A DNA stretch of 64,000 bases from contig NC_092675.1 of the NCBI RefSeq assembly GCF_964355755.1, forward strand, positions 19,874,912 through 19,938,911, given 5' to 3'. A program made the position numbers and the translations under genes. Below the pieces are notes generated by a model. It ran no database searches, was not told the DNA's origin, and was given only the letters and a program-made list of their open reading frames with translations. Positions within the stretch are counted from its first letter, which is position 1. Each line of letters starts with the position of its first letter. Shown in pieces: positions 1 to 13,975 of this stretch. The DNA comes from Antedon mediterranea (lineage: Eukaryota > Animalia > Echinodermata).

Positions 1-2651
1 GTAAATTATTTGAAATAAAAAAATAATCAATTTCGATAACTTATTCTGTAATAATTTTCAGTGAAACAGATTATTAATTTTCGCAAGTATATAATATTAA
101 TTCTCTGAAACTAAAACATATATTTTAATTGCTAAACTTGAGTAGATTTAAGATCTTCAATTATCTTAAGTAAATATTACTTTATTTTATGTTATCAAAA
201 ATGCTTTTTATGATTATGATATTGAAACTAGGAAATTATTTTTCTGAAAATAAAACTACAGTAATGTATATGTAACGTTCTATTACCAATTTCAGCAGAT
301 TTAATTTTAGTTTAAATTATAAATAATATTAATTTTATGGAGTCTATGATTAAAACATTGAAAATTGTCTGACACTAAAACTATAATTTATTTTGAGTAA
401 TTTCAGCAAAAACTAATTCATATTTTAGATAATAAAGGAAGGTGAAAATATAGTTGATCCAAATTTTCAATTAATCTATCACAAATAATAAAGGCACACA
501 ATAGAAAAATCCATCATCTAAAGGCTTACCTATGTTCCTATAAAAAAATAATAATATTTAAGGTTATTATGAAAAAAAAATATGTAAAACAAATTAAATA
601 ATGAATGTGTGTACAATAACAGAGGCTTACCTACTGCACACTGGGAGATAATCATACTTCAATTGAACATGAAATTGGGGGTGGGCTTATACATGAAGAC
701 TACTATAAGAAATATTTTCATTAAAATATGATATTTGCTTGACATTAACACATCAGCAAAGTCAAAGTAAACAAGTACGCCATATGTTATTTTTTAATGG
801 TCATCGTACGAAATCTATATTCCTAATTTATTTATACGCCCACACTATACGCTATACATACAATCAGTGTACATATAATTACCATTCTTTCTTAGTCTCA
901 TTCATCCTACTCTTTTTAAGAGCCAATCCACCCTACTGTAGATAATCTAACTGGAAAACCCTAAAATATCAAGAAATATTAATATAACTAGAAATATCAA
1001 TATGCCATAAATTTACACGAATCAGAAAAGGTGTGAGTGCTGCCTACCTCGATAAACCAATTAATAGCCTATTCTCCTAGAAGAGCAAGCTAAAATCTCC
1101 ATAATTGGTACTGTCCACAAACCAATATATACTTTTATAGTTTAAACTTTTATTTATCAATATAGTGAAACAATGCTACATTTAGATCAATCTGGTAAAT
1201 AATTATAAAGTCTGCTGAAAATCCCGCACAGCTGATAAGATTTAATGTAGAAAACAGACAAAACAAACAACCCATTAAGAATTGCCCAAACGAAACAAAA
1301 ATATTCTCATCCAGATATTTAATAATTAACTAGACAAATATTATCAGACTATACTTAAGTACAGGTTTGTTTAAGCTCATAGTAAAATCAAGTGGTCAGT
1401 AAATATACTTTGTAGTGATAAACTGTAAGAAAACCACTTAAGTTCTAGAAAGTAATCAAAATTTACATTGAAGAGATGAACATACATCCTTTGAAAATGG
1501 ATTAAATATAAAGATGTCCAATAAAGAGGCATATACAGGGGAGAATGTTTCATTGCCATGGATGATCCCTCTTTGTGCCATAAATGTTTGCCATAATATA
1601 ACTTTAGTAAGCCATCTTGGTTTGAGTAACTGCTGACGTTATAATACATGAACAAATATCTTAATATTTTATATGTTAATCATGGACAAAAAAATAATAT
1701 TCTTTACACTATGTTATAAATAAGGTACTTATTAGATTGTAAATTATGAGAGCCATAAGGTTATTTCGTTTGAAAAAAGGGGAAAAATTGAATCTAGAAT
1801 CATACACACAGTATACAAGGCTCAGCGAATTCGCGATGGACAGTCTTGCACGCTCAGCCAAATTAATCTAATGCCATAGTAGTACAGTAGTGTCATGATA
1901 TAACTAAACTTAATAGCTGTATACTAATCTAACCGGTCTTATTTTAGGTTAACAATAATAAAAATTATTCAATATTGATTTGGAGTGGACAATAATTTAG
2001 TTTCATCATAAATAATTAATATGTATTTTAGATATTAATTCACATTCTGCAATGATTATAATCCTTCCTTCTTACAGATATTTATGCAATTTACTAACAA
2101 TACGTAAGCAAAACATTGCTGGGTCTGGATGAGTAAGCATTTTACAGTTGATTAGCAAGCATCATATTGCTTGTGTTCTAAATAAAGTTAGCCATCTGGC
2201 AGTCTTGTCTAGCATACAATATCCAAGGCGTAAGTACAGACTCTAGACTAACACCAGAGATAAGTCAGTAATAAGCTTTACAATGCTGTGGGCTATTATA
2301 ATCAATTTTAGGACATTGTGAAGGACAATTGTAAAAAAAAAAATTGTATTGAAATAAAGATGCATTTGAAGAAATAAAAAGATGTTAATATTTGTCTGCA
2401 ATAATTATAGCTATGTTGCAGCATCAAGAGAAGATTTTTCCAAATTTTTACTTAGGTTTTCAACATACAGTGTTTTCCAGCTATGCTTGATAGAACCAGA
2501 ACATCAAGAATGATCGCTTAAATATGTGTAATTATCATCGTTATTTATTCTCAATGATTTGAAAACTCAACATCGACTGTAACAGACTTTATTTATTCAG
2601 GGTAAAGAAAGATATGTGCATACTCTGTTCTATATACTACATCCTCACATA

Positions 2652-2830
2652 AGCTTGGTTCCCACTAGAACGTAACGCAAGGACGTAAACGCAACGCAAG
2701 TGAATTGACCAATCACAAGCGATGGCTTATTCGCTTGTGATTGCTAACTGTCTATAACTTCGCTTGTCATTGGTTAAAACGCTTGCGTTGCGTTTACGTC
2801 CTTGCGTTACGTTCTAGTGGGAACCAAGCT
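2652..2830. mobile_element. MITE with ~50-bp perfect TIRs
   Basis: AGCTTGGTTCCCACTAGAACGTAACGCAAGGACGTAAACGCAACGCAAG at the left, exact reverse complement at the right; TA flanks; non-coding and CpG-rich relative to the host intron. Confidence 0.85.
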
Positions 2831-4411
2831 TAAAGGCCTAAAAGATTACAGACTTGTTGCAAGATTTTACATTGATTTAAACATGGTAACAATTTGTTAC
2901 AATTACACAAAATCACATACACATAAAAAAAAAGAGAATAGTCAGCAAAAAAAAAACGTTTTTAACATTTTTTAGCCTATTTGAAATTTCAGCAATTTAT
3001 AAATTGTAAGGTTTTTAGGAACATTCTAATGGTTTGAATCTTTTTAAAGCTGTTTTTAATTAATCCTTTTAAAGCTGTTTTAAACTATTTTAATCTCCTG
3101 AATCCTATTCAATTTTAATACCTTGTCATTTTTACACCGTGTTTCAAAACTTATATATTTTTGTGCAATTATGTGTGTGTACATAATACAGTATATTGTA
3201 CTGTATATCTATTTATTATTTTACTAATAATTGTCAATCTTCAAGAAGAATTTCTGTTGTTATTTTATGATGATGATGGACAAATAAAGCATTTCAGTAT
3301 TCAGTATTCAATATTTAATGTCTTGGTAGGTGATTGACTATACTGGTATGGCCAAAGTGACACAGGGGTGAGGTCCATATAATCCACATAATATTATACC
3401 ACCAGATTATCTCAGGACAAGATAATGTCAACTCTCAAAGTACATGCCGATTTATAATAGCAATATGAAATATACTTTTCTTTATTACTTTATAGGCTAT
3501 TCAGTTTTATTTAATAAGTTTTGCCTGGCATCATTAGACATCTACACTACCAGATAGCACATAGACAAATATTCGTGAACACACTGTAAGAGACGTTTGT
3601 CTAGTTTTACTGAAAACATTTAAAGAAAATATAAATGACAAATTCAAATCAATTTTATTTGTACTTGTTAATTGAATTTATTGATTTTATTAATATATGG
3701 TAACATAAAACGAACTCTGAAAAAGTGAGGCCAGCCAATATTATTATGTCTTTTATAGTTTTTCAGCACTTATGTTTAATACTAAGGAATGGCTACCACT
3801 TGTGTTAAATACCAGTCGACCACCATCTTGGGGGTGGAAAACCAATGATCCTTGTAATGTGATGCTTACACTGTAAATTCTCATAATACGTTAATTGATT
3901 GCCGACATCATTAAAAAAAAAAAGACAAAAACTTGTATACCAATCTATAATTACTATGGTGATATGAAGCATTACCATGGTGTCTGTAGCTATAGTTTTG
4001 CAAAACAATATATAAAATCAATTGCAATATAAAATCACATCTAAAGTTCTTTGACCATAAAAATGGCAAGGTGGAAGTATCATATTTATTATGCTATGGT
4101 TAGTCCATTATATTTGCCTTTTTATATTTTAAGTTGTGAATTTTGATGAGTTTTATAATTTTAAAATACAGTCTATGAGTGCAAAATACCTGGATAAACC
4201 GACATAATAACTTTATCCTCAAAGAAAAGTAGACAATTTATTGAATATCCCTCTCCATAATCGGTACAGTCCACAAACCAGGCACTCAAAAGGTAGCATC
4301 CCAGCAAACTAGCAATGTATTCTCCAATTTTTATATACTACATGAATTAATGGAGTTTGTATCTTTAAATTATTAAAATTAAATATCTAAAATAATCAAT
4401 GATAAACTTAC

Positions 4412-4473
4412 TTGTAAGAGTCAACCAGGTAGAAAAAATATGACCCCATGCTCATTAAGAAATATGCAACAAC
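4412..4473 (-). CDS. KCNMA1: Slo1/BK calcium-activated K+ channel alpha subunit, exon encoding S1
   Basis: tttccag|GTT...TAC AA|gtaagt; 62 nt, VVAYFLMSMGSYFFYLVDSY; same length and phase (0 to 2) as the vertebrate KCNMA1 [20 protein letters not shown] exon; joins in frame to the exon at 26310. Missed by the ORF track. Confidence 0.85.
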
Positions 4474-4613
4474 CTGGAAAACAAAAATATGTGTAAACTT
4501 ATTAGTCTTTTAGAATTTTTTTACTAAACAGAGTACTATACAATGGGAACATTCAGGAGAATCTAGAATGCCTCAAAATAGCAAGTGATAAAGCCTATCT
4601 CGGTCGCACCTAA

Positions 4614-4985
4614 AGCTGATTTTCCACTAGGCGAATTTGTTCGCGCGAATCCAATGTTTCGAAGAGGAAAAAATCGCCTACTCTCTTTCCACTACATGAG
4701 CAAATAGCTGCGACGTTCATGTTCCTCGCGTGGTTGCTGAGCATTTCGATTTGCATGAGTGCTCATGAAAGCGTCATAGCTCATTTCCTGAGCTCTGATT
4801 GGTTGCACAATATTTCGCTTCGCAAAAAGTAGAAACAATTCGAACTAGTAAATTTCGCTGAAGCGAAAAATCAAAGGAACTAGGCAGGCAGGCAGGCAGT
4901 ATGACAGACAGAAACGCGAATACGCATGTGCATAGCATGACGCTTTCGATTCGCGCGAACAAATTCGCCTAGTGGAAAATCGGCT
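4614..4985. mobile_element. PIF/Harbinger-type MITE
   Basis: ~38-bp TIR AGCYGATTTTCCACTAGGCGAATTTGTTCGCGCGAATC; TAA target duplication at 4611-4613 and 4986-4988. Confidence 0.85.
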
Positions 4986-7900
4986 TAAAAGCATTTAGTA
5001 TTTGAATTACGTGGCTCAATTTAATAGTCAAACATGTATATTATCAAATGAGTTCTGTTTATAAGAGTACTAAAACATACAATTATTTATTGTAGAATTG
5101 CTTATATGTTATAAATGATCAAATATATCAGGTAAATTAACAAAAGCAACACGTCAGTTTAGCATTGATTAATTCATTGATAAAAAGGGGCAATTCTAGT
5201 ACACATTCAATACTCTCAACTGACCATAACATCAGTCAGTAAAAGGTTAATAACACTCACAGATAAAATAATTGTCGGTGAACCCTCTGCAGAGTGTTTT
5301 TTTTTTCACTTGATTTTTTTGTAAATAAAAAGTTTCTTTTTGATAATTGGCAAAAAATGAAAAATGCCAGGCCACATGACCAAACAATTATGCAAATTGA
5401 CTACTTTTTTTCTGTCCCATAAACCAAACTCTTTCCAGCTCTAAAACATAATGTAATCTTAGGATTTAACCCCAAATAGCATAATTATTATTATTATTCT
5501 TTAAACAATAAGGATCAAATATTCATTGACCTTTCATCATTATGATTATCTGACATTGATAAACATGCCTTCTAACCTTTCACAATCATAATAATACCAT
5601 GTGATATAAAAATGAATCTATTTATAGAATCACTTTTATATCGTTACAATATTGAGTAGAATATTATTGATTCTGCTATTGAATATGAAATTTAAATAAT
5701 ATTATAACTACTGAAAATTTATGCAGTAAGACTATTAAATACAGAGAATATTGAAATTATAATATTGGTTTTTTTTTAACTTGGTCACTATTGTTATTAT
5801 TATTATTGGTGTTACACATATTATCTTTGGTACTTCATGATCACTATTACTAGGGAGCTTTCGATTTGAGATGAACGACGACCTACGAACAAGAACAATG
5901 TGGCTGTGGTTTTTAGGTCCAAATAATGACCGACGGCTAACAATGGCCAAGTCCTATGTATAGGTCATCGTATAACGAAAGTTTTCGGTTTATTCTGGGG
6001 GTAATCGGTACACTATTGCTTTTAATGTACATAAAATATTCTTTCAAAGAGAGAGAGTAAGTTTTATAGAATGTGGCCAATTGAACTACTGGTTTTCTAT
6101 ATTCCTGGTCCATTAGAACAGAAACAAAATTGCCTTAATGATTGAACAGTAAATTACTAAAACAATTAAAATGCATAATAGAAAGGGAGTCGGCTATATT
6201 ATTAGTTAAAATCAAATTAAAATCAGTGTAATTTACAATATTGCTTGTGTCATTGAAAGTAAACCAAGGCTGTAAATAAGTACATTACTTGGTATTCATG
6301 AGTATAGGGACATTTGCTTTACTTCTTTGCCAATTTTAGTCTCAAGATGTCCTTACATTGATAATATTATATCTTAAATAACATTATTGCTATGTGTAGC
6401 AATAATAACATACAGAATACAGTATTCTAGCAGAATATTCAATATAAACATTTTTTTTTCTTATTTTTTTTGTAAACAAAATTTGATTATCATTCCATTT
6501 CTTATTTTTCATGAGTGTAAGCCATAAGAATAATGGTAGAAATTGTTATTGAACACCATTCTCCATAAATGGTATAGTCCATGAACTTTGCCCTCAGGTG
6601 GGAGCCTTCCCACAAACCACCATCATCATTTCTAATTTTCGGGGTATATCTCACTCTTCGAGGAGAAAGGCTATTGTTGGTGTATCCAGGTAAGCTAGGC
6701 ACGAAATAGGCTACAAGATTCTACTCAGACGTTATATAATTACGATTGCTATGGTATTATTCTTTTGACAACTAGTACCGTCAACCAATAATTGCGTGTC
6801 AATAGCTAATAAATTATTCATTGTCTATATTCTTAATAATACATAAACAATCTATAGTATCATCATAATAAATTGGTACTTATTGAAAACCTGACTGTTC
6901 TACTGTAACTCATTAAATATTCTCTCTCTGTTCAATGAACGTTCATTATAACACTATTCAAAAGTTTTAAAAAAAAGTGCTTGGATTTTAGCAGTGGGTG
7001 CACACAATTAGTCGTCAGCGTCTTGTTGCACAAAATTATAAAAACATTTTTTTAATCTCAGCATACAACGTATCCCAAACCGAAAATAATGCATGGCACT
7101 ATGAAATCAACCAATCAAAAGGCAAGAACACTGTTATTTTAAGTAAATAGTTATGTAGGCTAATCGACATAAGTTCAAAATCATTATAATATATCAGTTT
7201 GGTTTATGAAACATGAAAATCACTTAGTGTAACGTTCACATAAATCAGACAGATTAAAACCTATTAAATAAATAAACATATTGTTAACATTCTGCGATAC
7301 ATGTATATTTCCCTCCCCACCCCCAGCCCAAATTTGAATTAATTTCAAGGGGGAGTTTCCTCCCCTGTTCTTAATAGTTATATTCGTGGATTTATTATTA
7401 TTTATTCATAGGATACAGGATTATGGGTAGCTCTTGTTCTGATTAAGGGTTTAGGATTCTCTCTTCTAGCTGAAGTCTCATATTTCAACAATAAATGTTT
7501 ATTTTGTGAATTACTTAAATTGAAACCAATTATGTTTTTTTTATTATTACATCCTAAAATTAATTTGTATTGTACATCAACAAGAACATCTGACACAGTG
7601 ACATAAAAAAAGTATTGAAATTTAAACATATTTAAATAATCCTTGAATAATCTTGTTTAGACACAATATATAATTACTGCTTTTATACTTTTAACCAAGC
7701 CATCATCAGGTTTTTTAGTACTATTAGCTTCTAACATTCTGTATTCCTTTATTTTTAAATCATATCACTATCGACAATTCCTATGCTGTGCCTCAAACTC
7801 ATTGCATGGACTATTAGCTACCAACATAATGGTGCATCATTATATTTGCTTCATCTATTACCATTTCACTGCATTTAACCTATACAGAGTATGCAGCAGT

Positions 7901-10854
7901 ATTCTGCATACTGTAGCACTAATAGAAGAGGTGATATGCAAGGTATAGCTAGTATCAAAATAGTAATAGTCAAAGGAGGATACTTCACCACTACTGTAAA
8001 CAATATTGTCCTAAATAGAATGGAACAAATTAAAGAAAGCGTAATCAAACATGTGTACTATATGAAATATGATATTATTAAGAGGTAATACTGTACGATT
8101 AATCATTTTTTTGTGGAATACATGTTATAGTCAGATTAGGAAGGAAGGAAAAGAACACTTTGCTAAACAAAACAAATCATCTGTCAGAATAAAAGTTGTG
8201 AATAGTCAAAGATAAAAGTCTATCACACATTAAATAACCATTATATCCACAGAAAATTTAACATAGAAGCTGTTATTTAAAAACCAACAAACAAGCGACA
8301 ATCTACGGGTCAATATGAAACTGTGTTACAATCAGTGAAATTACGTACCACACCCAATAAAAGAATAAATATTTGAAATAACTGATTGGTGATAAAGAAT
8401 ATATAGTAAAGAGATTTAAAATGTTGAGTGACGGAGAGAGAAAGTATGGGGCTAGGGGGTGGGTGGTTTGGGGGAAGAGAGGAAGGATAACTTTGTCTTT
8501 CATTCGGACCATATATTATTACATAGCTACTCGTGTCATGAAGGAATTATCCTCCATGCTCATCTCCTATTCAACTAACTTTCCCCAATTCTATGTATTT
8601 TTAATATTTTGTCTGACATTTTATTTCAACATTCAACACAGTGAAACTTGGATTTGGGACTAACTAACAACCACCCATTGTATATATACATATTATGCAG
8701 GGGTGTTCTAGGAACTTTTTACTTTCGTATCTAAAGCCCTCCCTCTGGAGAGCATGGGCTATTATCGGTTTATACGGGTAAGGTAGGCACGAAATAGACA
8801 TAACAATATACATGTACAGTATATTTACTGTGTGTATTATGCAGAAGGTATCACTCACACAAGAAAACATGCCAGGAGTCATAACAAATTATCATTATTA
8901 ATTTAAAACTTGTTTTCATTGAAAATTAATTTATTCAAATTAAGTTAAATAGTTAAAAAGTTAATATATAAATTGTAGATAACATATCATTAAGACACTT
9001 TCATTATTTAGTGCTATGAAAACTTGTTATGATTTGATTTCATATCAATTATAATTTGGATGTTATCTGTTTGATACGTGGTAAGACTTCACCCCTATTA
9101 TCATACAGATTCCATCAGCATCAATTTACATAGCTAGATTTCACTCATAGTTAAACAGGGACTGAGTATTTAGAATTCCACAAATTGAACACATGGTGGG
9201 TACTCGTATGAAACTCATTGAATCCTGACTAGACCATAAACACAACTTTTAATTATAGCGGTAGAATTACAAATATAATCTTTAATAGTATGGTTTTACT
9301 TTAGGTAGAGTGATTTGATAACCCTGTTGGACTAAATAGAAGGAGAAGTGGGCGTGAGATGAACAATTTGCTTATTTAAATAAAGAATCTATATTATACT
9401 GTAGCACTTTACCCAACATTTTTGTTATTCTCTATCTCCTCCTAAACACCAGCATTGTTTAAGATGGGGCACCTTTTAATTCCCTTTTAGCCATTCGGCA
9501 ATTTCCGGACTTTTGTTGTAAAATTTGTTTGTTAGACCAATTCACTAATTAAATGGTGCTCATCCATTGGACCAGAACATTGTAATCTGTGATTAGAACT
9601 TTGATAATACATTATATAGGAAATCTAGACATAATAGCAAGTCAGTATGGATCAGTTATGAAATAACTTCTGAATATACTAGCATCAGTTTTTACAGTAA
9701 CATCACACAACTATACAATATCTAGTCTAGAAGGAGGCAGGTGTACATTATGGAGGCTTTTATGAACATCACCAGCTAGTCTACTATGTCATTTAAAATA
9801 GGTTAATATACACTAAGTACAGTACCATGCTTCTTGAATAGGATGACAACTGCATTCAAAGTAGATCTAATGCGGAATTTTAAAACATCAAACACATAAT
9901 TTAAATTGGAATTAGTTGAAAGTGCAATAATCTTATAATGTGTATCACTTCACATGAATATTTATGAATTGTAATGTTTTTAAATATTTCAGGTTGTACA
10001 CTTTAAGGGCTGATATACTTTCTCAATTTAGAAGATAGGATCTGACATACAGTGTATAAGAACATTAACCTTAAATCATGATAATCTCCAATAATAATCT
10101 TTGCGGAGAAAGGCTATTGTCGGTTTATCCAGGTAAGTATGGCACAAAATAGATTTAAAATTAAAATTTCCTTTTATGTAATCTTTAAAGTTTACTTTAT
10201 TAAAGTAGTAACTTCATCTCATGAATTTTAGTGTTTATAAATAATTTTAAATTTAATTTTGTGCATTCAAGAAATTTTAAAATTACAGTATATACAAATT
10301 AAATAGGTGTGAATTTTCTAATATTATGTTGTCATGGATACCATTTTATAGACACACACACATAATTACTTTATTCTTGACTTGATAAAATGAAAAGTAG
10401 AAATAGTCAATAATGATTGTTATGGTTATATTGTACTGTATATACAATTATAAAAGAACACTAATTTAGGAAAAGGGTTACAATGACAATGTATTACAAC
10501 CTATTATTTTGTTATTCTGAATAATAAGAAAAAATAATTTAAAACATAAATTATTCAAATAATCGATAAGTAATATTATGAGAGATCAAAACATTATTAA
10601 TCTAAATAAGTAATTTAGAGTATCAATACTGGTTTTTTTTTTATCAAACCGTATTATTTTTAAAGATGATAGGTTTAAAAAAAAATTTGTCAGCTTTTCA
10701 TCTTGAAGTATAAGACACTTTTTTTTCTTTTTTAGCGAACCTTATTAAAGGATGGTTTAAAATGATTTTTCTATATTTGGTAACCTTTTCTCCATTTAGA
10801 AAAACATTTAATCTTGTCAGTAAAAGAGTAAAATACTGTGTAAAGAATTGTTTT

Positions 10855-11230
10855 ACCATACGGCTTTATCACGTTGAAACACCGATTCTCATCAGATCAC
10901 CAAAGTTAAGTTGTGCCTGGTTAGAGCTTGGATGGGAGACCATCTGGGAATATCGGGGTGCTGTATGGAGCTGGGGTTCTGTTAGGCATTTGAAATCAGC
11001 ATTGCTGACACTTATTGCAGCCCATGCATCTAGTATCTGCCTCAGACATATTGGCCCATGCCTTTCTTCTGGTCAAGGTGGGCACTGGACGAGAGAAGCC
11101 CTTGATCAAAGTTAGGACCAATCAAGGTGCTTTAAACAGTCCTGGCTTTGTTTGTATCAAACCTCTTAGTGGCGGTAATAATCGCTGTTGGTTCGATTGA
11201 ATAAAATAAAAATAAATAAATAAAATAAAC
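10855..11230 (+). mobile_element. 5S rRNA-derived SINE (SINE3-like)
   Basis: 10855-10968 aligns to 5S rRNA (CACGTTGAAACACCG...AAGTTAAG...TGGATGGGAGACC...GGGAATATCGGGGTGCTGTA) with substitutions and indels; no T-run terminator after it; ~230-bp body; (AATAA)n tail at 11200-11230. Confidence 0.8.
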
Positions 11231-11861
11231 TGTTTATTTAAAAAATATAATTTTTAGATCGACCACATTTGTGCTTGATTTGTGCTTCCAAATAATTACT
11301 GGTTGGTCATTGACAAAAAACGTTAACATTACCCAAAATGCAATGCGATCAGATATTCAAGTTACTACAGCTGTCAATCTCATTAATTTGCATTGAATGT
11401 AAAATTTTGGACCAAATTGATTGGGTGTTTTTAACAACAGTTATTTTCAGGCAATTTAACTGGTTATTTAAAATTCCTGTTCCTGCTTCCAAGAATTTGG
11501 AGTTAATTTATTTACATAGTAAATTATCGGTTATTTTTTCGCAGCGGAAACAGAACTAAAGAATTCTGCCTATGGTTTTTTTCAGTATTTATCTAATTGT
11601 TTATGTAATTTCCTTAAAATTAGACACTACTGATTACTACTGTATTATGGATACTGTACCATACAATACAACTTCTACCACTAATTGTGTTATAGTGTTC
11701 TTAATTAATTGTGACTTCATTCTAAATTAAACTGATTTTATACTGTACTAAATCACATCTTTTGTATAATGAATTATCGAACTAAGTCTTTCATGCAAAT
11801 TATGGTACTAATTTAGCATTGAAACACTAAATGAATTTTTACAACATATCCTAGGATTCTA

Positions 11862-12076
11862 TATGGCACGCAGAAGTATAATTTATTCGGAAATAAAGAT
11901 ATCTTAGTTTTCTTAGATCTCTATTTAAAACTAAGATCTATTTAAAACTAAATATCTCTATTTAAAACTAAGATATCTCTTTTTAAAACTAAGATATCTC
12001 TTTTTAAAACTAAGATATCTCTATTAAAAACCATGATATCTCTATTGCTTCAATAAATGACAGCTTGGCGCTCCTA
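11862..12076. mobile_element. MITE with internal ~21-bp tandem array
   Basis: Degenerate TIRs (ATGGCACGC...TTTATTCGGAAATAAAGATATC / GATATCTCTATTGCTTCAATAAATG...GGCGCTCCTA) around ~6 copies of AAAACTAAGATATCTCTWTTT. Confidence 0.65.
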
Positions 12077-12927
12077 TGATTCTAAGCTATAGAATGCAGT
12101 AGCTCATTTGGGCGGTACTTTTAAAGTGATGTGCAGACCAATTTCTATTCCTTTACATATACTTAATGAACTACTTACAGTTAATTAGGTAATATTAATT
12201 TCCTATTTTACCATATTCAATGATAATAATAATGCTTTAAATGGGTTGTTTGTTTACCCAAACAATGGTCGGTCCAATAATAGAGGGAGCTTTGGATTTG
12301 CGATGTCATATTAATTCATTGTGTACATGCCGGGATATTGGGATGTGTAACCTCGCTTCGCAATCACAAATTTAAATTTCTTTAATAATATTTATATTTT
12401 GTTGTGGAGAACATTTTTTTATACTGATCTCTCCCTCAAATATGATTTTAAAAAGTGTGTTTACTGAAATTTGACCCAAGTGAAAGTTAGTAAAAACAAT
12501 TGGGTACAATAGGATTATTTTGTTTTACTCAAATATTGGTATCTAAAAATTGTATATTTTCCGGTATTGATTTCAGTTTTAATTGGTTCGTCAGATGACA
12601 ATTGTCTTCAAACTATGACATGCTGACATTGACAAGGCTTGATTGACAGGGATCAACTTGTCCTTGGTTTCCTTAATGAGTGTTTCATTGTTTTAAATTA
12701 TTTATGTTTAATTTCACAGAATCATCAAGTTTGTAGATAAAATGATTAAATGAATTATTGCATATTGCAGATATATATTTTTTATGTATTATAAAACCTA
12801 TATGTCATATTATTACTATTTGTAGGTAGCGGCTTGCTACTGTATATCAACTACAGTAATAAATATTGCCTTGTAGACCAACACTATACTGTACTAGCAT
12901 TGTGATAATTATTTTGATATTCATATC

Positions 12928-13314
12928 GGGTATTGCTAAACGTAAACCACCGCAAACCTCCAAAAAAACATCACAAACCCCATCAATCCAACATAAAAGT
13001 TTTTAATGTTTTTAACCAAAAAAAAAATGTTTTACCCAAAAAATAAGTAGTTATCAAAAATTTAATTTTTGTGTGAAGTGTGTAGTAGACTACACAATGC
13101 AGTAACTTTTACGTTATTATTTTTAAGTTATTATTTTTAACCAAAAAATGATGCTTTTACCCCAAAAATAGATAGTTAACACAAATTTAAAATATTAATT
13201 GACATATTAAGTATGTAGTACACTACAGGCTTCAGTAACTTTTATGTTAGTTCGTTGCTATGTTTTTTTAAAGTTTGTGGGGGTTTACGAGGTTTGCGGT
13301 ATTTAGTAATACCC
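12928..13314. mobile_element. MITE with GGGTATT(G/A)CTAAA TIRs
   Basis: GGGTATTGCTAAA...CCGCAAACCTC at the left, GAGGTTTGCGG...TTTAGTAATACCC at the right; internal direct duplication; another left end at ~17549. Confidence 0.65.
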
Positions 13315-13832
13315 TTGATGTCTTTAAATCGTATAATATTTTAGGATCGATACATTTAAAAAAAAATTGATTTAACATACTTAAAATTGATTTACATACA
13401 GTAATTTATTTTTATTTTATTTATTGTGTGTGATTATAATAACATTTCATACCAGTATTATATTGTTTGCAGGTCTAGAAATTTAATTTTTTTTTATCCA
13501 TAATAGTAAACATTTGCTACTGTGTTGTATAAAATGAATAAACAAAATATGTGAAAATATAAATCTAATATTTGTGCACAATAACATACACTATATTTAA
13601 TTGACACTTACTAACACTTGCAAATTTTAACTGTGTAAACATTTGTATACACAGGAAAAGACAACCATACGTGTATATTTGCCATTCACTTAGTAACAGC
13701 CGGTAAGGTTTGATTTGATATTACGACATGACAACAGTATTGCAAAATTAACTAATCCTTTACTTATAAACAACTAAGGTAACCTTTTATGCGTAGCCTT
13801 ATCAGCTCATGTACTTATTAATTGTATACTTA

Positions 13833-13975
13833 AAACTACACTATCAAACTAATTCTACAAAAAAAAACATGATGTGCCCAAATACGGTAGTGATATGATA
13901 TCATCATCATGGCTATACACTATATGGGCACATCAATTTTTTTTTATCACATAAAGTTTAGTGTAGACAAGGTTT
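13833..13975. mobile_element. MITE family AGCTCTGTCTACACTATCAAACT (degenerate copy)
   Basis: Same TIR and internal GATGTGCCCA.AT.TGG motifs as copies at 23962, 37980, 55965, 62678 and 63092. Confidence 0.65.

Larger units (their letters stand above)
1040..10152. repeat. Old dispersed repeat family (likely MITE); fragments at ~1040-1125, 4180-4280, 6555-6712, 8745-8800, 10095-10152
   Basis: Shared ~45-bp motif GGAGAAAGGCTATTGTCGGTTTATCCAGGTAAG...GGCACGAAATAG in both orientations; three copies also share CTCCATAA(T)TGGTACWGTCCA. Confidence 0.6.

Noticed and set aside
739-9000. Numerous 60-95-aa ORFs from the track in Slo introns
   Set aside because: Low-complexity AT-rich translations without domains or consistent splice support.
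10855-10968. Functional 5S rRNA gene
   Set aside because: Multiple substitutions and a deletion, no T-run terminator, solitary, and continuous with a SINE-like body and tail.
10762-11200. 117-aa and 61-aa ORFs
   Set aside because: Incidental reading frames across the 5S SINE.
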